NCBI GenBank assembly: GCA_010015585.1
Contig: ML975152.1
Direction: 5' to 3' (one strand)
Source of the DNA: Eremomyces bilateralis CBS 781.70
Taxonomy: Eukaryota
Length of the DNA: 64,000 bases
This document shows, piece after piece, positions 1-13,700 of the stretch. The notes under the pieces were generated by a model that was not told the DNA's origin, ran no database searches, and worked only from the letters and a program-made list of their open reading frames with translations. A program made the position numbers and the translations under genes. Numbering within the stretch: position 1 is the stretch's first letter; every line of letters starts with the position of its first letter.

Positions 1-1160
1 GCTCTTGGATATCGATGATGATATGGGTCGGCCTCATGCTTTATCACCTCATCCGGATACTCTGTTCTGATCCGTTTCTCGCTCATTTTCTCGCAAACTC
101 CTGGATTCATTTGGCTCATCTGGCTCCGGGGAATTACGGCATAACCGTTCTTGGCGAAGTACTGCCCTGTTTCGATAGTCCGTCGCCTCGTGCTTGTCCA
201 GACTGTCATCGGCACCAACGCATTCTCCGGGCCTCCTCGGTCGATCAAGGCCTGACGCTCTTGCTCACGATGCTTGATCAATCTTTCAGTTAACTTCCGG
301 GCGTAGTCTTTGCCTTCTTCCGAGAGAGCAGCATCGGCTTTGTAGGAGTCTTCGTGTTTGGTCGTCCCAGCGCGGGCAAAGTAGGTTTGTCTCGGCTTCG
401 TATGCAAATTGAGAAGGTAAAAGACGATGCGCTGGGACAAGTATCCGAATGCGCAGTTGTTAACAACGACCCTCTCTCCGGCATTTATCAGCTTTACCCA
501 ATGCAAGTCCTGCTCTTCCATAGTTTCGAAATGCGGGATTCTGGCGGACAGACGGGCCAAGTAGTCTTTGACGGCAAGCTCGTCGGACCATCCTTTGTAG
601 TCCGGGGATGAGATCTTAACATTGCGGACGTTGTCTTCGATTATGCGCTCGTCCGTGCAGTGGGACTCGATGAACAGCGTTTGAACTTGATGTTTGGCGA
701 ATTCTTTCGCCAGTGCTCGTCTGCCTTCGGAAATGGCATTCACGGCATCATAGATGGCCACTTGGCCGTTCTCATGGTCGAGGAAATGGAAGATGTCCTC
801 CCGGCACTTCTTCAGGATCTTGTTCCTTAACAACACCGAGGAAGGGGACGCATTGATATGGAAGTAATCCTTCGGGACATCGGTGCCCGGTCCCATTGTC
901 GCTCTCCGATAATCTCCTAGATGGAAGACGTGGGTCTTCACCCCAAGCCAGCGAAGGTACCGGGCAAGGGCTACGGATATATGAGTCTTGCCACGAGCTG
1001 GCAAGCCAACGGTAGCGATGACGATCCTTCCGGAATGAAATAGACGGCCAGACTCGGTGCTATACAGTTGGGCGGGCGCCATCACTTCCTTTTCGGGGAG
1101 ATCGTGGATGGCATCGACGTATACGCTCGACCGGCGCCGGACACGCGGCGAGTTGGCCAT
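1..1160 (-). CDS. 6-phosphofructo-2-kinase/fructose-2,6-bisphosphatase family protein (YLR345W-like), 3' end runs off window
   Basis: Manual translation from ATG 1160: MANSPRVRRRSSVYVDAIHD...APAQLYSTESGRLFHSGRIVIATVGLPARGKTHISVALARYLRWLGVKTHVFHLGDYRR (P-loop VGLPARGKT). Missing from the ORF track because no stop falls inside the window. Confidence 0.9.
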   Translation of the reverse strand, partial: MANSPRVRRRSSVYVDAIHDLPEKEVMAPAQLYSTESGRLFHSGRIVIATVGLPARGKTHISVALARYLRWLGVKTHVFHLGDYRRATMGPGTDVPKDYFHINASPSSVLLRNKILKKCREDIFHFLDHENGQVAIYDAVNAISEGRRALAKEFAKHQVQTLFIESHCTDERIIEDNVRNVKISSPDYKGWSDELAVKDYLARLSARIPHFETMEEQDLHWVKLINAGERVVVNNCAFGYLSQRIVFYLLNLHTKPRQTYFARAGTTKHEDSYKADAALSEEGKDYARKLTERLIKHREQERQALIDRGGPENALVPMTVWTSTRRRTIETGQYFAKNGYAVIPRSQMSQMNPGVCEKMSEKRIRTEYPDEVIKHEADPYHHRYPR

Positions 1161-1672
1161 GATGTCGGCAGTGCTGCTTTCCGTCAACCATTGAAGCGGA
1201 AGGAGGATGGTACCACCATAACCTACAGCAGAGTGTCCATATTGAAAGAGAGTAGTGTCCGGGGGTATCGAGAAACCGGAGGCTTGAAACGGGAAGCAAT
1301 AAAGCAACGGTGGAGATCTAGTTCGCAATTTGCTTGCGGCGGCAGACAGGCAATCTCTAAGAGAGATGTTACACAAACGGCGATACTATTTCGTGCTCCG
1401 GATGGGTTGGCTGTGAGTCCACGATGTGCATATTTCCGAGAGTGACAATGGTACGGGGGACAAGAGAAGCATTGCAATATGAAGATGGGAGAAACGGAGA
1501 AGAGTCGGGGAATTGGAAGATTTAGCACAGTTTAGAGAAATGTCGCATCAAAATGAAGACCCTGCCAGTAGTACCTCCGTTGTCCGTCTCGTTCATACAA
1601 TACTAATCTGATAAATGGAAGGGAAGCTTCAGGCGTCCCCAATTTCCACGATGACAATCAAAGACGCTGACC

Positions 1673-1744
1673 GCTGAAAGGTGCAAAGATATCAAAGGTC
1701 TGATTGGCTGAAAGGTGCAAAGATTTCAAAGATATGATTGGCTG
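1673..1744. repeat. 34-bp tandem duplication (2 copies), each containing TGATTGG (CCAAT box), in a divergent promoter
   Basis: gctgaaaggtgcaaagatatcaaaggtctgattg (1673-1706) followed by gctgaaaggtgcaaagatttcaaagatatgattg (1707-1740). Confidence 0.85.
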
Positions 1745-2129
1745 TCACTGGAATTGATAAGGAACTGGTGGGAGAGTTCAAATGCACGTGATGATCAGCA
1801 GACCTAGTTGGCAGATTAACACGTGCAAGTCAGGTGACCACGCGTTAAGCACTGTTTGAGTCAGGAATATCTCCTTAACCGCTCGTGAATGAATCATGTC
1901 ATTAAGGCCCCAAGGCAATTATTCGATCCACCAGCCAGGCCATGGACTGGATATTCCCTAGAAGACTTCCCTTGATGCTGGACATCTGAAGACATGGACT
2001 TTCAAGTTGACTTGTTAGGAGTTTATCCTCTCTACCTTCATCGGCTGGAGAGACTTTCCGCACAGCTTTCATTGTCTTGAACATCATTCAGCGCTGACTT
2101 GGATTGGCAGAACGCTGCGCGAAACTTCG

Positions 2130-3967
2130 ATGATGCGCCTGCCTTCTCTCAGGCATGGCACTCTCAGGCATGGCATCAAGAACATTAACTCTCCCGGGCG
2201 CGGATTGAGTCCATTTCAATATGTGACCCTTCTCTCGCGTCCATCCGGCTCTCGCTGGTTGAGCAAGGCGACGAAACTCCCCGAACAACCGGCCAGAACC
2301 CGATTCGCACCCTCCCCGACCGGATACCTTCACCTTGGGTCTCTCCGGACCGCGCTCTTCAATTACCTCCTGGCCCGCCGAACCGGCGGGCAATTTCTCC
2401 TTCGAATCGAGGACACGGACCAGAAACGGACGGTGCCAGATGCAGAGGAAAAGTTATTCAAAGATCTACGGTGGGCTGGGTTGGAATGGGATGAAGGTCC
2501 CGAAGTAGGAGGACCGTATGGCCCCTACCGACAATCCGAGCGGACAGCGCTCTACCAGTTGCATGCCGGGCAACTCCTAGAGACCGGACACGCGTACCGA
2601 TGCTTCTGCACGCAGGAACGGCTTCAGGAACTCGCAGAGGAGCGACACAAACTCGGACTCCCGACCGACTACGACCGTCGATGCTTCCACATGAGCAAAG
2701 AAGAATCGAATGCGAAAGCAGCGGATGCGCAACCCCATGTTATCCGCCTTCTCTCCCCGCCGAAGTACCCGTCCTTCATCGATCTAGTGTATGGAAAAGT
2801 ACCAAAGGGGGCCACCCTGAAACGTACGGTCGACGACGCCTTCGACGATCCCATTCTTTTGAAGTCGGACGGATTGCCGACATACCACCTTGCGAATGTG
2901 GTAGACGATCACCACATGGAAATCACCCATGTCGTCCGAGGGTCCGAGTGGCTGATCGCAACCCCGAAACACATCGCGATGTACGAGGCTTTTGGCTGGA
3001 AACCACCGGCGTTTGCCCACGTAGGCTTGCTGGTTGACGAGGAGGGGAACAAACTAAGCAAAAGAAAGTTGGACATTGACATTGCGTCTTACCGGGACAA
3101 AGGCGTCTTGCCCGATGCACTCGTGAACTTTGTAGCTCTGCTTGGGTGGTCGCATAATATGGGCAAGGACTTTTGCACCGTGGAAAGACTACAAGAGCTT
3201 GTAAGATCAAAGAGTATGCTATTTTTTAACATTGTATTAACGCGTGGGCAGTTCCGACCGAAATTCACGAAGGGCAATACAACTGTAGATATCAGGAAGC
3301 TTTGGTTCCTTCAATCTAAGCATGCTGCCAACATTACTGAGGAGAGTGGCCAGCCATTTGCCGACCTTGTTCGCCAAGTTGAAGAGGTCGTTGTGAAGGA
3401 ATACAATGTCGCGGACAGGTAAGACTTCTGGTCTTGGAGCCTTTTGATATCGGCCATTAATCCAAAATTAGATCCCATACCCTGCAGGATACACTATTGC
3501 CAACATACATATCCAGCATCCTCAAAGCGGATGCGAGGAATTATTCCACCCCAGAGGAGTTCGTGAAACGCGTCGAATTCTTCTTCCGACCCCAGCACTA
3601 TCCCCCAATCTTCGACGGTTACCAGAAATCCAACGTAGCCGTGGACACGCTGGCATCCGCCTGCCGTCAAATTCTCCAAGCATCGCCCTGGACGAAAGAG
3701 GGTATCCAGAAGGAAATTCTGACCACCGTGGCCCAATTAGAGAAGAGCATCGCCTCTGAAGCGTCTGAGAAACACTCCCATCGAGCCGTGAGTGCCGATG
3801 TGCACCATTTTCTCCGCGGTGTTATTCTTGGTGGCCGAGCAGGACCGACGGTGGCCGAATCCATGGAGATCTTGGGGAAGGCGTTTTGCGCGGCACGATT
3901 CTCCGAATTCCAAGCCGCTCGCCCCGCAACGGCGGAGGATGGTACTGTTTCCTCTGCGGCTGGGTGA
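2130..3967 (+). CDS. MSE1: Mitochondrial glutamyl-tRNA synthetase (2 introns, ~3201-3251 and ~3419-3471)
   Basis: RTRFAPSPTGYLHLG (HIGH motif), LRIEDTDQ, KLSKR (KMSKS motif), Arg/Ser-rich presequence; anticodon-binding domain in ORF 3497-3967. Confidence 0.93.
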
Positions 3968-4710
3968 CAATTGAAGGGGGCTCGGCGATCTCGTACCACC
4001 GGTGTATAGAGGAGCCGTGTAGCCAAAACTCCACCCGTTCCGAATCCGCACAGTATGACAACCCGTTGTCGATCCGATCGCGATGGGGTATGAGGATTCG
4101 AACGGACGTGGCGGCTGCGGGCGACTGTCCGAGCAGATGGACGATGTGGCGGGGCTGTTGGAATGGGCGGTTGGTGGATGGACGAGGTTTTCGAGTAGGG
4201 TGAGGATGAGCCTGGAGGGATCGGGCATAAGGCAGCGGAGTATGGGGATAAAGAGCAGTAGATAGTTCTCTATGAAATGACCAGCGCGTCGGGGACGCCC
4301 GCTATATAAATCGATACCCGTTGACATGTTCCAGACATAAACCTGTTGGGCTTCAGTCTTATCAGCCAGCCATATATTGAGTCAGAGATGGAAACCACGA
4401 CAGAAGGAGACTGCAGCAGAAAGCATCCGCACGTTGAAACATTTGTAGCAAGGTCTAAAGATCTATTAAACGCATGAAAAGAAGTCTTTTCTCTCCGCTT
4501 TCGCTTTCCCAAATCAAACATGGCCGTGGTCCAAACATCCAAAAACAGAAAGTATACACAAAAGTACGATGAAGCTTTGGCCGAAGATTATCCCAATGCA
4601 GCAGTGGTTGAACCCGAAGTATATATGGGAGCAGGAGGTGGAAAGGCTGAGGGGGCAGTACGAGGGGCAAAACCTCTGGAGGACAAGGAGCGAAGTCAGG
4701 GCCACCGCGC

Positions 4711-6816
4711 TCACTCCCGCGAGACGTCTCGACCAAACATCTTGGTCTTGGCCCAATCCATCACTACCAGGATCCTATTTCTCACTAAACACGAAGAGAA
4801 AGCCGTTAGCATGCTATTACCGAGTCTCGGCGCGGAACGCTGTTGGGGTTCACTTACTGCTCCAGCACATGCTCAGATAGGCGCTGCGCCAGAAGATATA
4901 GGTCAGGCCACCACCGGTCGCCACGTTTCCGGTCAACCAGCTGATATCCGCCACCGCCTTGTCGCTCCCGATGTACGCCAACGATCCTTGATGGGAGTAT
5001 TCGAACGGTCCCATCTGCTTGACGCGTCGGAGGCGCTTCTGCAGTTCCTTGATGTCCGCGAAGACTTGATCCCGCTCCTCCTTGTTCGGCGCCTTGGATT
5101 GGAGGTCGCTCAATTGGGATAGCTTATCCTCGATGGCCTGGGTCTTCGCGATGTTGTTGAAGAGCCTCGCCAGGAACGCGCCCTCTTGCGAGGCGACCTG
5201 GGCCGTTGGCGCGTAGTTGGCGATGGCGCAGTCGCCGACCGCCCAGATGTCTTCAGTACCCTTCACGACGAGGTATTCGTTAACGAGGAGGCCGCGGCGC
5301 GAGTCCTTCTGCGCAGGAATCTGCATCATAAGATCCTTCACGACAGGCCGGAGAGCGTTACCAGTGGCCCAGACAAGGAGACCATAGGGGATATTCTCCG
5401 TGATTTTCTGGCCGTCCGGACCGGTGGACTCGGCTTCGATGTACTTCTCGTGGACTTTTTTGACCATGGTCTTGGTACGGATGGTGATGGTTTCTTCCTT
5501 GAATGTGCGTTCGGTGTAATCAATGAGTTGCTTGGAGAACATGGGAAGAACCTAAACGACGAATTAGTTCTCAGTACCGAGTTGAGAGTGACCGAAACCT
5601 TACGTTTGGTAGAGCCTCTACGAGGGTGACGTGGAAGTTGTCTTGAATTTCGGGGATCCATTTCCTCAGATCATCTTGGAAGAAATCCTGGAGTTCACCG
5701 GCGAATTCGACACCGGTAGGACCGCCGCCAACCACCACCATATGCAGTAGCCGGGCTCGTTCCTCGGGAGATTGGTCCCGGAAAACGGCGGTCTCACAGC
5801 AGTCCATGATGCGTCGGCGGATCTTCTGAGCGTCACCGACCTCTTTGAGGAAAAGACCATGCTCACGGACACCGGGGATGCCTAGCAAATATATATCAGC
5901 CGGCTGAACTGCACGCAATGCGAATAGCTGTGAACTTACCGAAGGTCGCATTTTCCGCCCCAACACCAACCACGAGCATATCGAACGCGATTTCCGATGT
6001 CCTCACATTACCCTTGATTTCACTCTCGTCATTGATGTATACGACCTTCTTCTTATAATCGATCTTCGTCGCCTCGGCCTCGTAGAACTTGACGGCGGTT
6101 TTCTTGTGTCGCAAGAAGTTTCGAACCGGCTCCATGATGGAGCGATGTTCGATCTGGCCGGTCGTGCAGGAGGGTAGGAGCGGGGTGAAGAGGAAATAAT
6201 TGCGCGGGGAGATGACGATGACATTGTAGTTCTCCGTATCGAGTTTCTTGAGGAGCGAGACGGAGCCCCAACCGGTGCCTGCAGGTCTCATAGTTAGCAA
6301 AGGTGTTCGATACTGTCTGCTCCTGTCCGCTCCTGTCCACGGATTTTGATGCGAGCAACTCCATGGATCCGACGTAGAGCCAGAATGTTAGACAATGGGA
6401 CACGTACCAAGAACCACCAACGTTTTCTTCCCTTCCTCTGGCACCTCCTGCTCTGCGGGATGGCGCATCAAGTAGATCTCATAACCCACATACACCAGCG
6501 CGCCCGCCGCACCCAGATATGTCAACCGCCAGAGCCATCGAATGAGTCGGAAGCGCTTCTTCGGTTTCGGGGTCTCCGCCTCCGCCGGCGTCGCATACGC
6601 CCGGGTCGACACGAGCGATGTGACCGTCGTGATCCTCGACGGCAGCGCACGGGAGACGGATGAGGATGTGAGAATCGGGCTCCGCGACGGGGCTTGTCGT
6701 CGTGCGATGGCGGCGGAAGAGAGGGCACGAGAAGTGTGGGAGATCAATCGAGGGCAATTGGCGGCCGGGAGGCCGGCTTTCAGCCGTATCGGCGCGCAAA
6801 TGATCTGTTTCATCAT
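4711..6816 (-). CDS. NDE1: External/alternative (type II) mitochondrial NADH:ubiquinone oxidoreductase, multi-exon
   Basis: VVLG|TGWG, RNYFLFTPLLPS, VVGGGPTGVEFAGE, APTAQVASQEG, HQGSLAYIG. Last exon RNRILVVMDWAKTKMFGRDVSRE* stops at 4711. Mitochondrial presequence and a TM segment at the N-terminus. Confidence 0.92.
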
Positions 6817-8391
6817 CGTGGCCGTTGGAGCGATGACTTGGAGGGAAACACGCTCAGAAATGCGATTGCAACCGGGTCAAGAAGAGGCAAAGCCTGGATT
6901 TGATCGTCACACAAATAACGAGGGTGGGAGGTGTCGATGGAGGTGGTTGCAGGTCGGGTCGACGGCTCGGACGAAATGGAGCAGAGCAAAGCTTGATCTG
7001 CAGACGTCACCGTTCTCGACTGCACTTGGATTCGGACAATTTCCTACGGCAGAAGCAGGAAATATATGTAGGCGTGCTGCCGACGAGAGGTTGGTCAGCA
7101 GAGGGCGTGAGGAGGGAGCTGAAGGATTTGAGGCCTCGTTCTGAAAAAAAGAAATGGAGTCAGATGGATGAAGAGAAAAAGGGTCTAGGAGGCGATGACA
7201 CCAGCAGCCAATGCTTACCACTTTATGGAGTACGTGCAGTCACACACTTGACACTCCCTCTAGCTGCGTCGGATAAGATTTAATTTATTAAGTACGGCAC
7301 ACAGCACTTGAATCTATCGTTGGGATCTGATTTTAACGTGTCCGATCCCAACAATGGGGAGCGGAAAATGGGAACCAGACAGCCTTCCAGCTTCTTGTAC
7401 AATGGTCGAATTCCCCAATCCGGCTAAAAGTAGAGCGTGTCGGGCTCAGTGGAATTGCTTATTACTGTTAATCCCAATTGACAAATCCATTACGAAATAC
7501 ATCCGGTAATTTAGGCCGTTTCATGAAATACTATGTACAGGTATTATAGCTTAAGGTGCGGTAACCAAAGGTATCACCGACTTAGTAACTGCAGTGTATA
7601 CCACCAGATTCGGGTGCCGCTACGATGAGAAATTGAGAACGAAGGCGACAGGAGCTTCTTCATGTGACAAGACCAACGTCACCACCTCTTAAAATCCCTT
7701 TTCAAGCAATGGTAATATATTACTAACGTTAGATTCGGAGCTGAAGATCGGGTCAACCCGGAGCCATCGAGTCCATCCGACTCTTGGGATTCTTACGACT
7801 CCTGTCGGAATATCGAGGAACCGTCCGGACGCGAGGTTGGACTCCCGTCGGTGAATCTCGTATCGTGTCTACGGAGACAATATCACAAGAGTCACGTTTC
7901 TTCCCGAGAGGACACAGGGAGCATCTTACGGCGTGCGTATTGCTGTCTGCTAGATGTACATGGTCTCCTTTCCTCCCTTCCGCATCCACGTCTCCCCGCG
8001 AGACCGATGTCGACAGGAAGGAGATCGATCGCTTTCGATCGACCGTCTCTATAGTGAACCGACCGAATGAATATCGACCCTCGCTCCACTTCAACAGCTG
8101 AATGATAAATAGCTCGGGCTCCCAGCCCCCCGGAAATATGCAGTCAAGGAAAGAACGCCATCGCGATGCCATGCCATGCAATTCCCCCCTGAAACGCGAC
8201 GGAGGGGGGAATAGTGAACAGAAAACGAAAGTGAAAAAGACAGCGGCCGAGAGCGGTGGCTTAATATAACCACGGACGGGTCCGGCAGAAAGGTCTTGAC
8301 CCTTCTGCACTATCTAGAAACGCTGTCGCCGGTGAAATAAGCTCAACGTGATGAGAGCTGCACAGGGAATGAGATAAGGAGATCCGGAAAA

Positions 8392-10740
8392 TCAGTATCT
8401 CTGCTCCCTTGTCCGGCTCCCGCCTCCGGTTGGCCCTGTTTGCTGCCAACCATACGGCTGCCCGGAATAGCTTCCCCCTTGATGTTGACCTGGACCGGGC
8501 GCCTGACCCTGCGGTTGCGAAGTCTGTCCCCAGTTCCCGACATACGGAAGACGACCCCACTTCGTCTCGCTGAAGTTCCTCCCAAGGCTGCGGTACTGCA
8601 ACCGTGGCTCGGGTCCAGAGCCCGACTGGCCGTATCCGCTGGGGAAAAGCCCACTCCCGGCGCCAATACCGCTGTTCAGAGTCCCGCTGCTCGGCTGGGA
8701 AGTGGAGTTGCGGATGGCGCCCATCATCCCGCTCGGCGGCGGGACGAGCAACGTTTGTACTGCGCGGATTGGTCGATACGGTGAGGAGCGCTGAGCCAGG
8801 AAATAGGACGGAGAGAGATGGCTCGGGGGTAGGGCAGTGGCGGTGGTTGATGGCGGCATGCTGGAGGATCCCGGGGTGAAGTGTTGGGTTGGCGGCTGCG
8901 AATGCGTCGGCGTGACGTTGCCGGATGAATTGGCAAAAGTCGCGGACACAGGAGAGACGCTCGTGGAGCCTGGTGGGTAGGGGCTGAGATTGCGAGGAGG
9001 GGGGCGAAGGTCGAGTGGAGGGACATGCGGAGGTATGGAGAGGGGGGGAAGTGAGGTCCCCATAGATGAAGGGACGTTGACTCCAGTGCCTGGCCCTTGA
9101 TATGGTGTGGGAGGTTGCAATTGCGACTGCGACTGCGGAGGGAAGACGAGAGACATGGCATTTCGTCCCGGCGGAGGGAGTTGTGGTACCAACGGGTTTG
9201 AAAAGTGATTCGATTGAGGGGTCTGAATCGAGAGATTCGGTACCGGAAGAGGTGGAAGAGAACGCTGGGGGTTTGAAGCAGCCGCGGGCACCGGAGTTGG
9301 GAGACTATGAATCGACCGGATCAGTTCTTGACGCTTTGCCGGGGGCTCGATGTTCGCATGTTCTTCATAACCGCGCTTTTGGCCGCCGAAGTGACCATCC
9401 AGCTCGGGAAGAGGTCGGATTGGGGACACGGCGGCCGCACGCATCTGTGGAAGAATGATGGGCGTGGAAGAAACAGCCGGTGGGAAATGATAACCCGGCT
9501 GTGATGGGGGCGACGTATGTGCGGATACTGGGGGAGACGGCAGCCCTCTGCCACGAGGGGTGGATTGTCGCGCCAGGGAGGCGTAGTAAAAGTAATCTCC
9601 GAATTTGCCCAGCTTCGCCTTCCACTCTGCCCAGTGCGTCTCCGAGGCGTAGAGGCTGTACCGCATGTTGCTCAGGAACTCGACCTCCATGACGTGGACC
9701 TCTTGCACCGAGATCCCGGATACTTCCGCCCAGGTCTTGTTCGTGTACGTATTATCGTCTAGGACTAATCCAAAGGTTAGTACAAAAACCGACATATGAT
9801 GAGAAGTCGAACGAGCGCACATTTGTTTCCGAGCATCAACGCAACCGTCAGCAGCCTGAATTCGCTCCCTGGCTTCCCCTTCACCATTGGGTTGATGTGC
9901 TTCAACCGGTAGATAAAGAGGAGGGCGAGCATAACCACATTCTGCGTCACCTGGGTGGTGGACAATATTGTGGCGACCCATTTCGTAAATCCGGTCGACG
10001 GTCTGGCTTCGGGTAAAAGGGACTGTGCAATGGTCGGAATGACCTCGCGGTCGGCGCTCTGGATCTTTTGGAGTAAAGTCGAGTCCTCAAACCAGAAAAG
10101 GCATGTTACCTATGAACATCCAGTCAGCGAAACAGGGTAAACGACGAGTCCCAGAACCAAATCGTACCTCGGCAGCCAATTGAGGCATTCCCAGTTGCTT
10201 GACATTGATTTCCGGTGGTATCTGAAGCGATGGAGCTACCAAACTCGTGAGGTTTTTTCTCCGCTCATTGGGCCCGTCCACGGTGGTAGAGTGCACGGTT
10301 CCATGTTGTAAAGGCGACCGTCGTATGGGGTCTACCATGCTCGCCGACGCGCTTTGATATGGTCGAGATATCAGGTTCTCCGGTTGCCGATACGGATCTG
10401 CCTGTGCCGAACGATACGTGGTATACCGCGGACCATCGGCCATCGGCGTTGGAACGGGGCCACTGGATTGACCATATCCTCGACTAGACACCCCGTACAT
10501 GGTCAGAGGGGATGCTGAGTCGTCGTTGCCGAAGGGCAGGGGTCGCACTGCGTCCGTCCACGACTTGACTGGCTCTCTGCTGCTTAATGCTTGAGGTACA
10601 GACGAGGGAAACCGCGGATATGGAGTTGGAAGCGTTCTGACTGAATCTTTCCGTCGTGTCCGGGGAGAAAGGTGTGCGAGAGGCTGCTCGTAAGGGAGCA
10701 CGGCGTGAGGCATAGGGTTTGGATAGCGTAGTTCGAGCAT
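8392..10740 (-). CDS. CLG1: Pho85-type cyclin, Clg1/Mug80-like (introns ~10110-10167 and ~9767-9820)
   Basis: Spliced cyclin box: ILSTTQVTQNVVMLALLFIYRLK...SEFRLLTVALMLGNK|FLDDNTYTNKTWAEVSGISVQEVHVMEVEFL, followed by a long Pro/Ser-rich tail. Confidence 0.85.
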
Positions 10741-13700
10741 GGGAGGCGGCGTTTTCGACGGAGGTGATCGCTACGTGATGTGAGAGCGTGATATGGTCGA
10801 GGATGCGATCGGAACTGTAGAGGCTTGATTTAAGGAAAGTGAGTTCGATATTGTGACAAGGTCGGCAAGTCAGAGGTGGAATTAATGGAAGCCGCGAGAG
10901 GCCAGTGGAGGGCAAGGGAATCGAACGGACGTGAAGGTGTGGATGGGAGAGAGGTATCGCAGCTCTCAGGACATTTTCATCAATGGGAAGTCTTTACAGT
11001 ACTGTAGGGCAGGCGTTTGTTGACGATTTCGATCCCATTCTTTTCCCATGGGCAAAACACCCGCGTGAATGTCTCAATGTCGCGGCCTGGTGGATTGAGT
11101 GATGGACCCAATGGCTCGGCCAGGCTCATGCAAGGAGCTGGCGTGGGAAAGCCTGTGTACCTCCAAACTTGTCCAATGGAATTGTGTGTCTTCGGGCCCT
11201 CACAATGCTAGATGTGAAGTATCGGTATGTGAAATATGTCCCGTGCCTGACGTCGGGCAGGTGCAACAATAGAGGGGGAGGAGTTTGGCTCCGGTCGGTG
11301 CTTGCACGTTTCCGCAAGGTCCGAAGTAGGTCGTGGTGGTCGTATGTGGTGGTGAAAGGTGGAGAGATGAATTCGACTTGCAGTCCAACGGGAGATGCGG
11401 ATATCGGCTGACGACCGCAAGCGGAAGCAGTCGGTTTGAGGCAAGCGGGCAGCCTGAATACCACCTGAGGATCGATGACCGGTGGAGAACTGGAGATTCT
11501 GAGCTGTAATCCGTGGGACGCTCGATTGTGAGAGTTCAGTTCGAGGAGATTCAGATTTGGGAGCCAGTGAAAGCGGGATTCAGGGTCGAACAGGTGGTGG
11601 TCGGAATGATTCCAATATTGAATGGACGGGATTGATCGGCAGTGAAGGGATAGTGACGATGATGCCTCCTTTCGCTCGTGGACTCCAGCGTCTTTGACGG
11701 TACAGACACGGTATAAGTCCGCCTGAGGGTCATCAATCGAGTTGGGTCTTGCTGGTCAAACCCGCAAACGTTCGTTCCTGGACTACGACGTTGCACATTA
11801 TTATGATTAAGAGAGGTCGGATTGTTCGGTTCGATCGGGAATGACAAACACTAAGGCAATCGAGTGTTCACACAGGCAAGTAATTAAGAAGGAAGCGAAG
11901 AGAGGAAGGATGAAGGAAATCAAGGAATGTGTGCGGTCCGAAGGCATTGCTCATGCTCGAGAAATGGGCCGGGTAGACGAGTGGGATGGCAATAATAAGA
12001 CGATACGCCATCCAAACCATTGCAGTGAGTCGATGACCTAGACCGGGTGGTGGAGGGCGTGGAGCCCAAGCCGCAATCAGCAATGGACACAGGAAGTCCT
12101 CCGTACCATAACCTTAGTGTTAATCCAAGTCGGTATCCAAGGAAACCCCCCCTCCACTGTCCAGGTTGTATCTGGTCAGTGGTGGTCTGGTGGAGCGGTG
12201 GCAGAGAGGGAGAGACGCAGCACAGCAGCGAGGCTAACGTCCAAGCCCGCCAAAGAATGGATCAGGATTCAGCAGACAGCATGTCATCCGTGATCCGTCT
12301 CTAAACAGAAACGAGACCATTATCAAGACAGATGACATGGGTTTCGCGGTTCGCCAAATGCTGGGCCGCGGATTGGAGGGCCCCCATGTCCCCCTAAGTT
12401 AAGCCGAATGAAAGGGCGGCTGTCCTGGTAAGTCGTATGGATCAAAGCCCAAAGGATCAATGGATCATGGCATCAGACATGGGACCTTCCGGCCGTCGAC
12501 CACTGACAGCTTCGGCACAAATGGACAATCATCTTTCATCAATCATCACACACTGGCGTCTGGCAGTCTGGGACGGCTTGTTCGCCTTGCCTCGTGCAGT
12601 CTTAGGCACGCTTTGTTGATCTTTTGACGAAGCTAAGGGCCGACCATCAGATTACAGAGGGGGAAACTTTGAGGAGTTTTCCCGCCTGTCAGTTTGAGTT
12701 ACGATACTCCGTATCCCGTCCCCACCAAGCACGGTACGCGCAGCCTGCGTACCCAGTGGGCCAGCGGGCATAACTGGTAAGTGGTAGGTCCGTAGGTGGG
12801 GGGGGAGACTAGGAGTTGTGCCCTTGACTTGCTTCATGCTTGGACGCCAACGCCAACGCCTGCCAAACGCCGCAAAGCCCCAGCTTTCCATTAAATCCAT
12901 CCATGGTCCATACCTTCTGCTGCACGCGTTCCGGGGGGTCTAGTTTCATTTTAGACGGAAGGCTCGGGAAATGCGAAAGGTGAGGCACACGGGATACAGA
13001 CGATACAGTAATACCCAGGGGGCCAAGAGTCCTGGAATCAAATCTCTCTCGTGTTGGGTTTGGCTTTCTGATAGTGGTAGGATCAACGAATAGGCGGAAA
13101 ATACGTAGTACGTTAGGAATCAGGGGATGAAAGCGGCCGTGGTAAGAGACATAAACCGCTTGGATTCTTGGAGGCTTGGGAATGGCCTCAGCACCCATAC
13201 ATCGGGAATTCGGAATGTACTGACGATGATCTTGGGCCACTTTACTTCGGGGGCGACATTTCTGTGGTACGCCCCGGTGGCCGGAAACGCCTGATTTTGC
13301 GTTGATGCTGGGGTCACCCACTGACTCTCTCTTGATTCCAGGATAGCCAAAGGCAAAAGGCAAACTACAAAACTCTTCATCGGCTTTTTTTGCTAAATTA
13401 TAGATTTTTTTAGGATCCGCTGGACCTCAGTCACTCAGCCGAGTGTGCTTCCGGTGGTCTTGAGCCTAGCCTCCACCAATCCGCCCGCGTCCACTTTGGC
13501 AGTTGCAATTTCTTCACTCTTCGCAGTCATCCAGCCTCATGCATCGCCTCCAGCCGGGACTTCTGACGATGGCTGGGTCCACTAGATCCCAGTAGCCTGA
13601 GGTCAGCATGGGTGACGACGACTGGCGAGTGACGCCCATTTGGCTGACACAGTTGACCTTCCATTCTGAGTTTGAGACCAGTCCCCAACAGACTGTATAT

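Noticed and set aside
2146..2175. 15-bp tandem duplication ctctcaggcatggca x2
   Set aside because: In-frame duplication (LRHGT/LRHGI) in the MSE1 mitochondrial presequence; likely neutral
4520..5122. Plus-strand ORFs 4520-5122 and 4569-4880
   Set aside because: They overlap the last exons and 3' UTR of NDE1 on the opposite strand, and no family is recognisable.
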